DNA of 64,000 bases, from assembly GCA_036504035.1 (NCBI GenBank), contig DASXVV010000009.1, positions 577,751 to 641,750 of the forward strand, read 5' to 3'. Origin of the DNA: Candidatus Deferrimicrobiaceae bacterium (GTDB taxonomy: Bacteria; Desulfobacterota; Deferrimicrobia; Deferrimicrobiales; Deferrimicrobiaceae). The notes under the pieces are model-generated. The model was not told the DNA's origin. It ran no database searches and saw only the letters and a list, made by a program, of their open reading frames with translations. The position numbers were made by a program, and so were the translations under genes. This document shows positions 29,782 to 42,624 of the stretch, piece by piece (position 1 is the first letter of the stretch; the number at the start of each line of letters is the position of its first letter).

Positions 29782-31392
29782 CTACTTCTTCGCATCCATC
29801 GCGTCGTTGAGGATCTTTACGCCTTCCTTCGAAGCGCTGATCGACTGCGCCAGCGACTCGCGCGCGAGCTCGGGATTGTGGAAGCCGTCGCTGTTCTCGG
29901 CGGTCCACCACTCCCACAGGACGTGTGCTTCCTCGTGCTTCAGCCGCGCCTTGGCCAGCGTTTCCTCGGGGACGCCCATCCGCTTCGCCGCTGCATAGGC
30001 GTCGATCAGCTGCCCGAGCCAGTATTCGGCCTTGCGCATCTTGCCGCGGATGTAATTCTGCGTCCCCTCGATCTGGTAAGCCTTCGACTCGAGAGTCGCC
30101 TTCGGGTGGCAGCCCGAGCACGATTCCTTCACGTGGTTCTTCGGGCGGACCACACCGTGGTCGGTATAGACCTTGCCGCCCTTCTTGACCTTCGGCATAT
30201 GGCACTGGTGGCACTGGATTCCGGCCTTGTCGTGGACGCTGCCCGCGTACGTCTCGGCCTCGGGGTGCTGCAGCTTGACCAGCCGCGCACCGGTGACTGC
30301 ATGCTTGAAATCGAAGAAGTCCTGCTTCTTGTATTTTTCCAGCAGGCCGAGAGGGCCTTCGAGCGGGAAATAGTTCGTGCGGACGTCGTCGTAGCCGACC
30401 TTCTTCCCGTCGCTGAACTGGGCGCCCGCCCCGCAGGCGTACTCGACGTGGCACTGGGCGCACATCATCCGGGAGTCGGTCTTCTCCATCAGGCCGATTT
30501 TACGGAAGCCGTCGCGGAAGGAAATCACCTTGAGGTCGGTCTTCCCGTTGCGCTCGAACATCTTCGCGCCCTTGGCCGAGATCGCCTCGATCAGCGCATC
30601 CCGCACCACGCGCGGCTTCGCGCCGTGCGGGTCGTGGCAATGGACGCAGCCCACGACGTTGTTGGTGTCCTTCGCGACCGCGACGACGTCGGAGGTGCGG
30701 TCCCACTTCGCCTTGGGATCCTTGTCGCCCAGATACTTCCACTTGAGCAGGTGGTCGGAGGTCTTGCACTGGATGCAGGTGGGATTGCCCGCCTTCGCCG
30801 TCTCGGGCAACGTCTTGCCGGTGTCGGTCAACACGTCCCATGTCTTGCCGGCCTGGTCCATTCCCCACGCGCCCTGCTTGAACTGGAATCGGCCGCCCTG
30901 GAAGCGGTCGACGACAAACTGGTCGATGATCATGAACGCATGGCCTCGCGGCTCGTTGTGCTCGATGGTGAAGCCGTAGGGCGCCAACAGCTTGTCCATC
31001 ATCGGGGATCGCCCGGCCGGGACGCCTTTTTCCTTTCGCGCAGCCCCCTCGTGGTTGGTCTTGAAGAAGCTGGCATATTGTTCCTTGTGGCAGCCGCCGC
31101 ACACCTTCTGGTCGATGATCGTGACGGGCTTGTTGTCGCTCGAATCCAGATGCTCCTTCAGCCCGCCGTGACAAGTCGCGCAGGCGAGCCCCGCATGCCG
31201 GCTCCCCTCCTTGAGCGCCTTGATCTCGTCGTGGCAGTCGTAACACGCCGCAGCGGAGACTTTCACATCCCCCTTGCCCGCCGCGCCGCCCGACTTCGCC
31301 GACTTGGTGGACTTCGCCGCCAGCGCCGGCAGCGCGACGGCCAGCGCCGCCGCCATCAGCAACGAACCCGCCTTCCAGAGTCTCGTTCGCAT
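29782..31392 (-). CDS. Octaheme c-type cytochrome with one CxxCK site (octaheme nitrite reductase, TvNiR-like family)
   Basis: Signal peptide; eight heme motifs CYDCH, CATCH, CGGCH, CIQCK, CVHCH, CAQCH, CHQCH and CSGCH; about 536 aa. Confidence 0.8.
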   Translation of the reverse strand: MRTRLWKAGSLLMAAALAVALPALAAKSTKSAKSGGAAGKGDVKVSAAACYDCHDEIKALKEGSRHAGLACATCHGGLKEHLDSSDNKPVTIIDQKVCGGCHKEQYASFFKTNHEGAARKEKGVPAGRSPMMDKLLAPYGFTIEHNEPRGHAFMIIDQFVVDRFQGGRFQFKQGAWGMDQAGKTWDVLTDTGKTLPETAKAGNPTCIQCKTSDHLLKWKYLGDKDPKAKWDRTSDVVAVAKDTNNVVGCVHCHDPHGAKPRVVRDALIEAISAKGAKMFERNGKTDLKVISFRDGFRKIGLMEKTDSRMMCAQCHVEYACGAGAQFSDGKKVGYDDVRTNYFPLEGPLGLLEKYKKQDFFDFKHAVTGARLVKLQHPEAETYAGSVHDKAGIQCHQCHMPKVKKGGKVYTDHGVVRPKNHVKESCSGCHPKATLESKAYQIEGTQNYIRGKMRKAEYWLGQLIDAYAAAKRMGVPEETLAKARLKHEEAHVLWEWWTAENSDGFHNPELARESLAQSISASKEGVKILNDAMDAKK

Positions 31393-31503
31393 CGTCTCCC
31401 CTCCTGGCCGAATGAGGTATGCCGCAATTCGTTTTGTTGCACTCTTCTCCCACGGAAGGCGCCACGCCCGCCTTGACGTGGGTCAAGACCTTCGAAAAAC
31501 CGG

Positions 31504-33645
31504 TCACTTCGCGACGAGTACCACCGTGGCCCGGGGCGGCACGAGATAGGCGCCCGGGGGATCGATCGCCACCTCGGCGCCCGCCTCAGCGAAGTCCTCC
31601 CCCGCCGGCAGCGCCGTGTCGATCACTCGCCGCCACCGCAACCCGGAGGGCGGCGCGGGCAGCATCACCTGCTGCGGACGCCAGTCGGCGTTCAGGACGA
31701 CGAACAGCTGGTACGCCCCGCCGACCCCCTCCGTCCCGTCCTCGCTGCCCTCGAGCCGCCAGGCGAGCGTCCGCAATTCGGAATCTCCCCAATCCGGACG
31801 GTCGAGCGCCTTCCCGAACCAGTCGATATCGGGAATGCCATCCGCGTCGAGGTCGTCTCCCAGCAGGAATTTCCGGCGCTGCAGGATCGGGAAGCGGCGG
31901 TTGAGTTCGATCAGTTTCCGGAAGAAATCGAGGAAATCGGCGTTGCGCTTCACGTCGTCCCAGCGAAACCAGCCCAGCGCATTGTCTTGGCAGTAGGCGT
32001 TGTTGTTGCCCTGCTGCGACCGGAGGCATTCATCCCCCGAGAGGATCATCGGGGTACCGGCGGCGAGCAGCAGGCAGCAGGCATGGTTCTTGGCGAGTCG
32101 CCGTCGCAGCGCAAGCACCGCAGGATCCTGCGTGTCACCCTCTGCCCCGCAGTTCCACGAAGCGTTGTCGTCGTTGCCGTCCCGGTTGCCCTCCAGGTTG
32201 GCATCGTTGTGCTTTCCGTTATAGGAGACCAGGTCTCCGAGGGTGAACCCGTCGTGGCAGGTGACGAAATTGACGCTGTTGTAGGCCGATCGGCCATCGT
32301 CGCCGTAGAGGTCGGCCGAGCCCGTCAGCCGCCGTCCCAGGTCGGGAAGCTGCCCGGGATCCCCCTTGACGAACCGGCGGATCGTATCCCGGAACTTCCC
32401 GTTCCACTCGCTCCAGTCGACCGGGAAGTTGCCCACCTCGTAAGTCCCCAGGTCCCACGGCTCCGCGATCAGCTTGACGCGGCACAGCACGGGATCCTGC
32501 GCGGCGGCGTCGAAGAAGGAGGCGTTGTTCCGGTAGCGGCCGTCTTCCCGGGCCAGGACCGACGCCAGGTCGAACCGGAAGCCGTCGACCCGCATCACTT
32601 CGACCCAGTAGCGCAGGGAATCCATGACCAGCCGAAGCGCCGGCGGGCTGGAGAGATCGAGTGCGTTGCCGCAGCCGGTGGTGTTGGTGTAGTAGCGCGC
32701 CGGTTGGGAGGGCGGCCCTGTCAGGGCGTAGTACGACGGGTTGTCGAGGCCGCGCAGGCTCATCGTCGGGCCCAGTTCGCTCCCCTCGCAGGTATGGTTG
32801 TAGACCACGTCGAGGATCACCTCGATCCCCGCCCGATGGAGCTCGCGCACCAGCGTCTTGAACTCGTCGATCTCGCAGCCGGGAACCCGCCCGGTGCCGT
32901 AAGTCGCCTCCGGCGCGAAAAACCCGGAGGTGTTGTATCCCCAGTAATTGGTGAGTCCTTTCGCCAGAAGGAAGTCCTCGGTGTAGTGCGCGTGCACGGG
33001 GAGCAGCTCGACGGCGTTGACGCCCAGCGCCTTGAGGTAGGGGATCTTTTCCGTGAAGCCGAGATAGGTTCCGGGATGCGCGACGCCCGAGGCAGGATCG
33101 GCGGTGAAGCCCTTCACGTGCGTCTCGTAGATGACGAGCCGGTCGAGCGGGTGGTTCGGCGGCGATACCCCCTGCCAGTCGAAGCGATCCTCCGTGACGA
33201 TGCCCTTGGGGACGATCCGGGTGTCGTCGCGAGGGTCGGAGACCAGATCGCGGCCGGGCGATGCGGGGTCGTACGAAAGCAGCAGGTTGTCGACATTACG
33301 AAATGGGCCCGTGAAGGCCCGGGCGTAGGGATCCGCGAGCAGCTTGCTCTCGTTGAAGCGCAGCCCGCGGGCAGGATCGTATTCGCCTCGCGCCTTGAAG
33401 GCGTAAAGCTGCCCCGCGGAGATCCCGTGCACGAAGACGTGCCAGATGAAGCGGTCCCGATTCCCGATGCGGATGACGTCGGTCGGGTCGGCGTCGGGAC
33501 GGTCGAACAGCAGGAGGAACATCTCGGAGGCGTTGCGGGAGTAGACGGCGAAGTTCACGCCGCCCGGCAATGCGGTGGCGCCCAGCGGGAAATCGCTGCC
33601 TTCGGAAAGCGTGCGTCCGGTCCGGTGCGAAAGCGGATAGCCCAT
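31504..33645 (-). CDS. glgX: Glycogen debranching enzyme (isoamylase, GH13)
   Basis: N-terminal CBM48-like region (PLGATALPGGVNFAVYS) and GH13 catalytic regions (GFRFDLASV, EPWD). Confidence 0.85.
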   Translation of the reverse strand: MGYPLSHRTGRTLSEGSDFPLGATALPGGVNFAVYSRNASEMFLLLFDRPDADPTDVIRIGNRDRFIWHVFVHGISAGQLYAFKARGEYDPARGLRFNESKLLADPYARAFTGPFRNVDNLLLSYDPASPGRDLVSDPRDDTRIVPKGIVTEDRFDWQGVSPPNHPLDRLVIYETHVKGFTADPASGVAHPGTYLGFTEKIPYLKALGVNAVELLPVHAHYTEDFLLAKGLTNYWGYNTSGFFAPEATYGTGRVPGCEIDEFKTLVRELHRAGIEVILDVVYNHTCEGSELGPTMSLRGLDNPSYYALTGPPSQPARYYTNTTGCGNALDLSSPPALRLVMDSLRYWVEVMRVDGFRFDLASVLAREDGRYRNNASFFDAAAQDPVLCRVKLIAEPWDLGTYEVGNFPVDWSEWNGKFRDTIRRFVKGDPGQLPDLGRRLTGSADLYGDDGRSAYNSVNFVTCHDGFTLGDLVSYNGKHNDANLEGNRDGNDDNASWNCGAEGDTQDPAVLALRRRLAKNHACCLLLAAGTPMILSGDECLRSQQGNNNAYCQDNALGWFRWDDVKRNADFLDFFRKLIELNRRFPILQRRKFLLGDDLDADGIPDIDWFGKALDRPDWGDSELRTLAWRLEGSEDGTEGVGGAYQLFVVLNADWRPQQVMLPAPPSGLRWRRVIDTALPAGEDFAEAGAEVAIDPPGAYLVPPRATVVLVAK

Positions 33646-33739
33646 GAAGCCCTCCCTCTTCGAACGCGCGGCAGCAAACGAATATCCCATTCCTACCACC
33701 AATCGCAACCGCGGGGAATACGCGCAAACGACGCTCATC

Positions 33740-34180
33740 GGGTTCCCGCGTCCCGATGCATCCCTTTCGGGGGACGCCCCGGGATTCCTTCGCTCCGCGG
33801 GGGGGAGCCGTTCACTCCGTAACCAGCCGCAACACTCCTATCCATCGGCACTGCGTTCAGGTCCCCCCGCCCGCCTCCGCTACGGAAGCGACGGGCAACC
33901 GCGACACGATTTGTTTACACATACACGAAGACGGCGCAGGCAGCGGGATTGGTAGCCCGCCCGATACAACGCCACACGTCGGTCCCCACTCGGCTGCAGC
34001 GGAGCCGTGTATCCCCTCTGAAGGGGGCCTATGCCCCGAGCGGGTTTAGGCGCCAGGGAGCGAGAATCCGCCCGGCATATTGATGGCCGGGGATTCGAGC
34101 TCTGAGTCAGGCGCCGACCAAGCGAAAGGAAGAGCGCCCATGGATGGGCGCGGAAGCCTGCCGAAGCCGCCGGCGGCAGC
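33740..34180. repeat. Intergenic region with copies of the dispersed repeat family (33820-33886 and 34016-34100)
   Basis: See the entries at 7480-7962 and 26880-27215. Confidence 0.5.
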
Positions 34181-34255
34181 GAGATGCTGGACGCATCGAG
34201 CGTGAGCCGGGCGCCGCGAGGGGTATCGAGGCGCAGTGTGCTAAATTATCGCGTC

Positions 34256-35485
34256 ATGACTTCGCTGCTCGCCGCCTTCGCCAACCCGCGCATCTTCTGG
34301 GTGCTGCTGCTCGGCTTTTCGTCGGGTCTCCCGCTCGCGCTGACCGGCTCGACGCTGCAGGCGTGGATGGCGACCGAGAAGGTCGACCTCGCGCTGATCG
34401 GCGTCTTCTCCCTCGTCGGGCTCCCCTACACGCTCAAGTTTCTCTGGTCGCCGCTGATGGACCGCTTCGTCCCCCCGTTCCTTGGGCGCCGCCGCGGCTG
34501 GATGATCGTCACCCAAGGCGCCCTGGCAGCGGCCCTCGCCGCGATGGCGTTTTCCGATCCGAAGGCGCACATCGGCCTCGTCGGACTGCTCGCGCTACTT
34601 GTGGCGTTCTTCAGCGCCTCGCAGGACATCGTGGTCGACGCGTGGCGCACCGAGGTGCTCGAACCGGCCGAGATCGGTCCGGGCGTCGGCGTCCATATCC
34701 TCGGCTACCGGGTGGCGATGATCGTGTCGGGCGGGGCCGCACTCATCCTGGCCGACCGGATCCCGTGGCGCGCGGTCTACCTGCTGATGGCGGGGTGCAT
34801 GGGCTTCGGGGTCTTCGCCTCGCTCTTCGCGCCCGAGCCGCGCCTCACCGCGAAACCGCCGAAGAGCCTGCGGGAGGCGGTCGTCGACCCGTTCGTCGAA
34901 TTCCTCTCGCGCCCGGGCGCCGCGTGGATCCTGTTGTTCATCCTCTTCTACAAGCTGGACGTGGTGATGGCCAACGCCCTCGTCACCCCGTTCCTCATGG
35001 AGACCGGCTTCACCAAGACCGACATCGGCGCAGTCTACAAGCTGTTCGGCATGATCGCGACGATCCTCGGGACGCTGGCGGGAGGGGCGGCCGTCACCCG
35101 CTACGGGCTGAAGGCGTGCCTGTGGGCGTTCGGCCTGGTCCAGTCGATCTCCACGCTGTCGTTCCTCGGCCTGGCCCGCTTCGGGAAAAGCTACCCGCTG
35201 ATGGTGTTCGCGATCGGCTCCGAGAACCTGTGCAGCGGCATGGGGAACGCCGCCTATACCGCGTTCCTGATGAGCCTGTGCAACCGCCGCTTCACCGCTA
35301 CGCAATACGCGCTTTTGACCAGCCTCATGGCCGTCACGCGCGTCGTGGTCGGCGCCCCCACCGGCTGGCTCGCCAAGTCGGCCGGATGGGAGGCGTATTT
35401 CGTCATCAGCACTGCCGCCGCGATCCCGGGGTTGCTGCTCCTGCTCGGGTACGACCGCTGGACGATCCCGGGACGATCCCGTTGA
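34256..35485 (+). CDS. ampG: AmpG-family muropeptide permease (major facilitator superfamily)
   Basis: 12 transmembrane segments with AmpG-type motifs (LLLGFSSGLPLAL, GRRRGWM, DAWRTE). Confidence 0.8.
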   Translation: MTSLLAAFANPRIFWVLLLGFSSGLPLALTGSTLQAWMATEKVDLALIGVFSLVGLPYTLKFLWSPLMDRFVPPFLGRRRGWMIVTQGALAAALAAMAFSDPKAHIGLVGLLALLVAFFSASQDIVVDAWRTEVLEPAEIGPGVGVHILGYRVAMIVSGGAALILADRIPWRAVYLLMAGCMGFGVFASLFAPEPRLTAKPPKSLREAVVDPFVEFLSRPGAAWILLFILFYKLDVVMANALVTPFLMETGFTKTDIGAVYKLFGMIATILGTLAGGAAVTRYGLKACLWAFGLVQSISTLSFLGLARFGKSYPLMVFAIGSENLCSGMGNAAYTAFLMSLCNRRFTATQYALLTSLMAVTRVVVGAPTGWLAKSAGWEAYFVISTAAAIPGLLLLLGYDRWTIPGRSR

Positions 35486-35511
35486 TTTTCCGTTAAACAA
35501 ATCCGGCATTT

Positions 35512-37961
<2,450 letters not shown>

Positions 37962-37974
<13 letters not shown>

Positions 37975-38264
37975 AGCCGCGCCTCCCGGCCCGTCAGCAG
38001 GCGAAACAGAACCCAGGCCAGCAGCAGGTTGACCATGAGAATGCCGCCCGAGACGACAAGCTGGTTCGTCGCGCCGGCCAGGACGAGCAGCAGTCCGGCG
38101 GGCAGCGGCAGCCCGAACTCGGTCAACAGCCCCGACTCGATGGCGGTGACTGCAGCCGCGGCCGGAATCAGCCCCGCTTTCCTTCTCGACGAGATCACCC
38201 GGGCAACGACCAGGAATGTGACGAAGATGGCGCCGCAGGCGTAGAGACCGGTGGGAGAGAACAT
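37962..38264 (-). CDS. Small polytopic membrane protein (100 aa) at the distal end of the RND operon; function unknown
   Basis: Three hydrophobic segments. It lies 70 nt downstream of the RND permease on the same strand, and its 3' end overlaps the convergent kinase gene. Confidence 0.4.
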
Positions 38265-38333
38265 CGCATCGTACCTCCGGTTTTGACACGTTGGTCGGGA
38301 GGTTGCCGTTCTCGTATTCCTATCTGATATTTA

Positions 38334-41300
38334 TTACAAGCCTGTTTCGGCCGTGTTACAAGACGATTTTCCGCGTGCGATCAGCATGTAGATCGACGGC
38401 ACGACGAACAGCGTGAACAGGGTGCCGATAAACATTCCCCCCACGAGCACCAGGCCGATCGAGTTTCGCGCGGCGGCGCCCGCGCCCGTGACGAGCGTCA
38501 GCGGGAAGTGGCCGGCGATCGTAGCGGCGCTGACCATGAGGATCGGGCGTAGGCGGATCATGGCCGCCTGCCGGACGGCTTCCTGCTTGGACAACCCCTG
38601 GAGTTGCAGCTGGTTGGCGAATTCGACGATCAGGATGCCGTTCTTGGATACCAGGCCGACGAGCGTCACCAGGCCGACCTGCGAATAGATATTGAGGGTG
38701 GTCGTCCAGCCGCGGGTCCAGAACGGGAGGTTCGGGTCGGGCATCTTGAGGAACGTGAAGATGAGCGCCCCGAACATGGCGAGCGGGACCGAGCCCGCCA
38801 GAATGACGAAGGGGTCGCGGAAGCTGTTGAACTGCGCCGCGAGCACCAGGAAAATCAGGACGACGGCCAGGCCGAAGGCGGGGAGGAACCGGTTCCCCTC
38901 GGTCCGGAGCTGGCGCGATTCCCCGGTGTAGTCGATGACGTACCCTTTCGGAAGGATCTTCGCGGCCTCGTCCTCCATGAAGCGCAGCGCCTCGTCGAGC
39001 GGCCGGATGGCTACGCCGCTGATCTTGACCGCGTTCAACTGCTGGAACCGGTTGAGGGAACGGGGCACGACCGAATCGCGCAGGGTGGCGATCGCGCCCA
39101 GCGGGATCAGATTGCCGTTCGGACCGGTTACCCGGACGTTTTCCAGCTGGTCGGGGTTGAGGCGGTCGACCTTCTGGATCTGCGGAATGACCTTGTAGCT
39201 GCGGCCCTTGATGTCGAACCGGTTCACGAAGTCGCCGCCGACCATCCCGCCCAGATCCCGGCCCACCTGTTCGAGACTCAGGCCCAGGGAAGCCACCTTG
39301 TCCTTGTCGATGACGAATTCGGTCTGGGGCTGGTCGATCTTGACGTCGATCAGCGGCGGAAAGGCGAACATCCCGCTCTTCATGGCCGCCAGCTGGAGCT
39401 TCTGCGCGAACTCCAGGATCTGCGTGGCGTCGGCCGTCGACGCCAGGACGAATTCGACCGGGAAATCGCCGCCGCCGGGAAGCGCGGGCGGGGTGACCGC
39501 GAAGATGCGGGTACCGGGGATCCGCGCGAAGCCCTTCTGGATGTCGGGCAGGATCTGGAAGATCGTGCGCTTCCGCACGTCCCACGGCTTCACGACCATG
39601 CCGCCGAAACCGGTGCTCGGAAAAGTGACCTGGAACGTGAATTCGGTCTCCGGCGCGCTCCGGAATACCCGGTTGACCTCGGCGGCGTAAATCCGGTTCT
39701 GATCCAGGGTCGAATTCGCGGAGGAATCGAGGATGCCGAAGATGACGCCCTGATCTTCGAGCGGTGCCAGCTCCTTGGAGGACATGATGAACATCGGCAC
39801 GGCGCAGAGCGAGACCGCGATCCAGACCATGTAGACGGCCGGACGCGCGGCGAGCGTCGCATCGAGCCGCCTTCCGTACGCAGCCCGGAGGCGGCCGAAG
39901 TCCCGGGTGATCCGGCCGGCCAGGCCGCGCTCCCCCTCGCCCGGCTTGAGCAGCCGCGACGACATCACCGGTGACAGCGTCAGCGCCACGATCCCCGAAA
40001 TGGTGACCGCCCCGGCCAGCGTGAAGGCAAATTCGCGAAAGAGCGAGCCGGTCAGCCCCCCCTGAAGCCCGATCGGCAGGTAGACGGCCGCCAGCGTGAC
40101 GGTCATGGCGATGATCGGACCGACCAGCTCGCGGGCGCCCACCAGCGCCGCATCCAGGGGAGTCTTCCCCTCGGACAGGTGCCGCTCGACGTTCTCGACG
40201 ACCACGATGGCGTCGTCGACGACGAGGCCGACCGACAGGACGATGGCCAGCAGCGTCAGCAGGTTGACCGTGAACCCGAAGAGCTGCATCAGGAAGACGG
40301 CGCCGACCAGCGACACCGGGATCGCCACCACCGGGATCAGCACCGAACGATAGGAGCCGAGGAACAGGAAGATGACGATCATGACGATCACGAGGGTGTC
40401 GCCCAGCGTGCTCAGCACCTCGTGGATGGCGTTGGAGATGTAGTCGGTCGCGTCGTAGGCCATCACCCCGGACAGGCCGGTCGGCAGGTCGTGCCGGATC
40501 GACTCCATCTCGGTGCGAACCCGCTTGATGACGTCGAGCGAGTTGGCGTTGGGCAGCGGCCAGATTCCCATGAACACAGCGGTCTTCCCGGAGAAGTGCA
40601 CCTCGGAATCGTAGTCCTCCGCCCCCAGCGCGACGTCGGCGATGTCGCCAAGGCGGACGATGGTCCCGTTCTTCTCGCGCACCACCAGCCGCCGGAATGC
40701 GTCCGCCGTACCGATGTTCGTGTCGGCGGTGAGGTTGACCTGGATGTACGCGCCCTTGCTCCTGCCGAGTGCCGCCAGGAAATTGTTGCTCGCAAGCGCC
40801 TGCCGCACCTGGGATGGGCTGACGTCGAGCGACGCCATCCGGTCCGGCTTGAGCCAAATGCGCATGGCGAAGGTGCGGGCCCCGAGGATGTCTGCCCGCT
40901 GCACGCCCTGGACGGCGGAGAGGCGGGGCTGCACGACGCGCACCAGGTAGTCGGTGATCTCGTTCTGCTGCAGGAGGTCGGAGCTGAAGCTCAGGTAGGC
41001 GGAGGCGAAACGGCTGTCGGCCGACTCGATGTTGATGACCGGCACTTCCGCCTCGGGAGGGAGATCCCGGCGCACCTGGTCGACCTTGGAGCTGATCTCG
41101 GCCAGCGCCCGCGTGGAGTCGTAGTTGAGCCTGAGGCGTACACTGATCGTCGAGAGCCCGAGCGTGCTCTGCGATTCCATGTAGTCGATCCCGTCGGCCG
41201 CTGCGATGGCGCGTTCGAGCGGCGAGGTGACGAAGCCGCGCACCAGTTCCGCGCTCGCTCCGATATAGACGGTGGTCACCGTGACGGTCGCGTTCTCGCT

Positions 41301-41417
41301 GCGCGGGTACTGGCGGACGTTCAGGGTCCGGATCGCCTGGAGGCCGGCGATGATGATCACCAGGTTGACCACCAGCGCCAGGACGGGACGACGTATGAAC
41401 AGGTCGGTGATCTTCAT
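38334..41417 (-). CDS. RND (AcrB/MexB-type) inner-membrane efflux permease
   Basis: 1027 aa with an MKITDLFIRRPVLALVVNLVIIIAG N-terminus. Confidence 0.95.
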   Translation of the reverse strand: MKITDLFIRRPVLALVVNLVIIIAGLQAIRTLNVRQYPRSENATVTVTTVYIGASAELVRGFVTSPLERAIAAADGIDYMESQSTLGLSTISVRLRLNYDSTRALAEISSKVDQVRRDLPPEAEVPVINIESADSRFASAYLSFSSDLLQQNEITDYLVRVVQPRLSAVQGVQRADILGARTFAMRIWLKPDRMASLDVSPSQVRQALASNNFLAALGRSKGAYIQVNLTADTNIGTADAFRRLVVREKNGTIVRLGDIADVALGAEDYDSEVHFSGKTAVFMGIWPLPNANSLDVIKRVRTEMESIRHDLPTGLSGVMAYDATDYISNAIHEVLSTLGDTLVIVMIVIFLFLGSYRSVLIPVVAIPVSLVGAVFLMQLFGFTVNLLTLLAIVLSVGLVVDDAIVVVENVERHLSEGKTPLDAALVGARELVGPIIAMTVTLAAVYLPIGLQGGLTGSLFREFAFTLAGAVTISGIVALTLSPVMSSRLLKPGEGERGLAGRITRDFGRLRAAYGRRLDATLAARPAVYMVWIAVSLCAVPMFIMSSKELAPLEDQGVIFGILDSSANSTLDQNRIYAAEVNRVFRSAPETEFTFQVTFPSTGFGGMVVKPWDVRKRTIFQILPDIQKGFARIPGTRIFAVTPPALPGGGDFPVEFVLASTADATQILEFAQKLQLAAMKSGMFAFPPLIDVKIDQPQTEFVIDKDKVASLGLSLEQVGRDLGGMVGGDFVNRFDIKGRSYKVIPQIQKVDRLNPDQLENVRVTGPNGNLIPLGAIATLRDSVVPRSLNRFQQLNAVKISGVAIRPLDEALRFMEDEAAKILPKGYVIDYTGESRQLRTEGNRFLPAFGLAVVLIFLVLAAQFNSFRDPFVILAGSVPLAMFGALIFTFLKMPDPNLPFWTRGWTTTLNIYSQVGLVTLVGLVSKNGILIVEFANQLQLQGLSKQEAVRQAAMIRLRPILMVSAATIAGHFPLTLVTGAGAAARNSIGLVLVGGMFIGTLFTLFVVPSIYMLIARGKSSCNTAETGL

Positions 41418-41421
41418 CGCG

Positions 41422-42624
41422 TCAATTGTTCTCCGGTACCGGGCTTTTCCGGAACGCGGGGCTGAGCCGGTTGTCCACCACCACGGCCTGACCGTTGCGC
41501 AGCTTGAAGACGCCGGTGCTGACGATGCGCTCCCCCGCCTTCAATCCTCCTTCGACCGCGACGAAGTCGCCTCGCCGCTCGCCGAGCCGCAGGAATTGCT
41601 GCCGCAACGCCAGCCCCCCCTTCCCCGCGTTGTCGGCAGCCACGACGAATACAGAGTCGCCGTAGGGCGCGTAAAGAACGGCCGTGGCCGGGATCGCCAG
41701 CACCTTCTGCCGGGCCGGCAGGCCGACCGACACGTTGACGAACATGCCGGGCCGCAACTGCTCCGACCGGTTGGCGATCGTCGCCTGCAGCTGGATGTTG
41801 CGCGTCTCGGCGTCGACCAGCGGGCTCACGGTCGTGATTCGCCCGGCGAGGGTGGCGCCGGGAAGGGAATCGGACGTCACCCGGACCGGCAGGCCGGGGT
41901 GCAGATGGGCCAGCTGCTGCTGGGGAAGGGTAAAGTTCACGTAGATCGGGTCGAGCGTCTGCAGGGTGACGATCGGGTCTCCATCCCGGAGGATCTGCCC
42001 GAGGTTGACCAGCCGGATCCCGAGCCGGCCTCCGAAGGGAGCACGAACCGCCTTCTTCGCGATCGCGGCCCGGATTCCGTTCGTCTGGGCCGCCGCCTGC
42101 TCGTGGTCGGAGACCGCTGCGTCGTAATCCGCCTGCGAGACGATCTGCTCCGCCAGCATCTTCGCGCTGCGGTCGAGGACGCTCAACGTCTGCTTCTCGC
42201 GGGCCACGGCACCCGGAAGCTGCGCTTCCTCGGAGCTGGTGTCCTGGAGGAGCAGCAGCGCCCCCGCGGCGACCCGCCTGCCCGGCTCGAACGCGATCCG
42301 CACCACCTTGCCCGGAAGCTCGGCGGCCACGGTGACCCCCTGGACCGCGACCAGGGAGCCGACCGCCGTGAGCGAGCGCTCCCACGACTCGGCGCGCGCC
42401 TCGGCCGTGCTGACCGTCTCCGGGGGGGGGACGAACTTCTTGCCTTGGTCGATCATCGCCCGGATCTGCAGCACCTTGACGCCGGCCAGGGCGCCGACGA
42501 GGATGGCCAGTCCGGCCAGGACAACCGCTATCCGCTTCCAGAGGCCATTGCGCGCCGTCCTCCCCGGGTTCGATTCGGCCTTCACCCCGTTTCCCTTTCC
42601 GTTTCCCTTATGGTTTCGCCGCAA
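41422..42624 (-). CDS. RND efflux periplasmic adaptor (membrane fusion protein)
   Basis: N-terminal anchor and coiled-coil/beta-barrel domains; located 5 nt upstream of the RND gene. Confidence 0.85.
   Translation of the reverse strand: MRRNHKGNGKGNGVKAESNPGRTARNGLWKRIAVVLAGLAILVGALAGVKVLQIRAMIDQGKKFVPPPETVSTAEARAESWERSLTAVGSLVAVQGVTVAAELPGKVVRIAFEPGRRVAAGALLLLQDTSSEEAQLPGAVAREKQTLSVLDRSAKMLAEQIVSQADYDAAVSDHEQAAAQTNGIRAAIAKKAVRAPFGGRLGIRLVNLGQILRDGDPIVTLQTLDPIYVNFTLPQQQLAHLHPGLPVRVTSDSLPGATLAGRITTVSPLVDAETRNIQLQATIANRSEQLRPGMFVNVSVGLPARQKVLAIPATAVLYAPYGDSVFVVAADNAGKGGLALRQQFLRLGERRGDFVAVEGGLKAGERIVSTGVFKLRNGQAVVVDNRLSPAFRKSPVPENN

Noticed and set aside
38356-40857. 833-aa minus-strand ORF in an alternate frame of the RND permease
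   Set aside because: It is in the same strand but a different frame from the ORF that carries the AcrB motifs. Its translation is Arg/Gly/Pro-rich nonsense.
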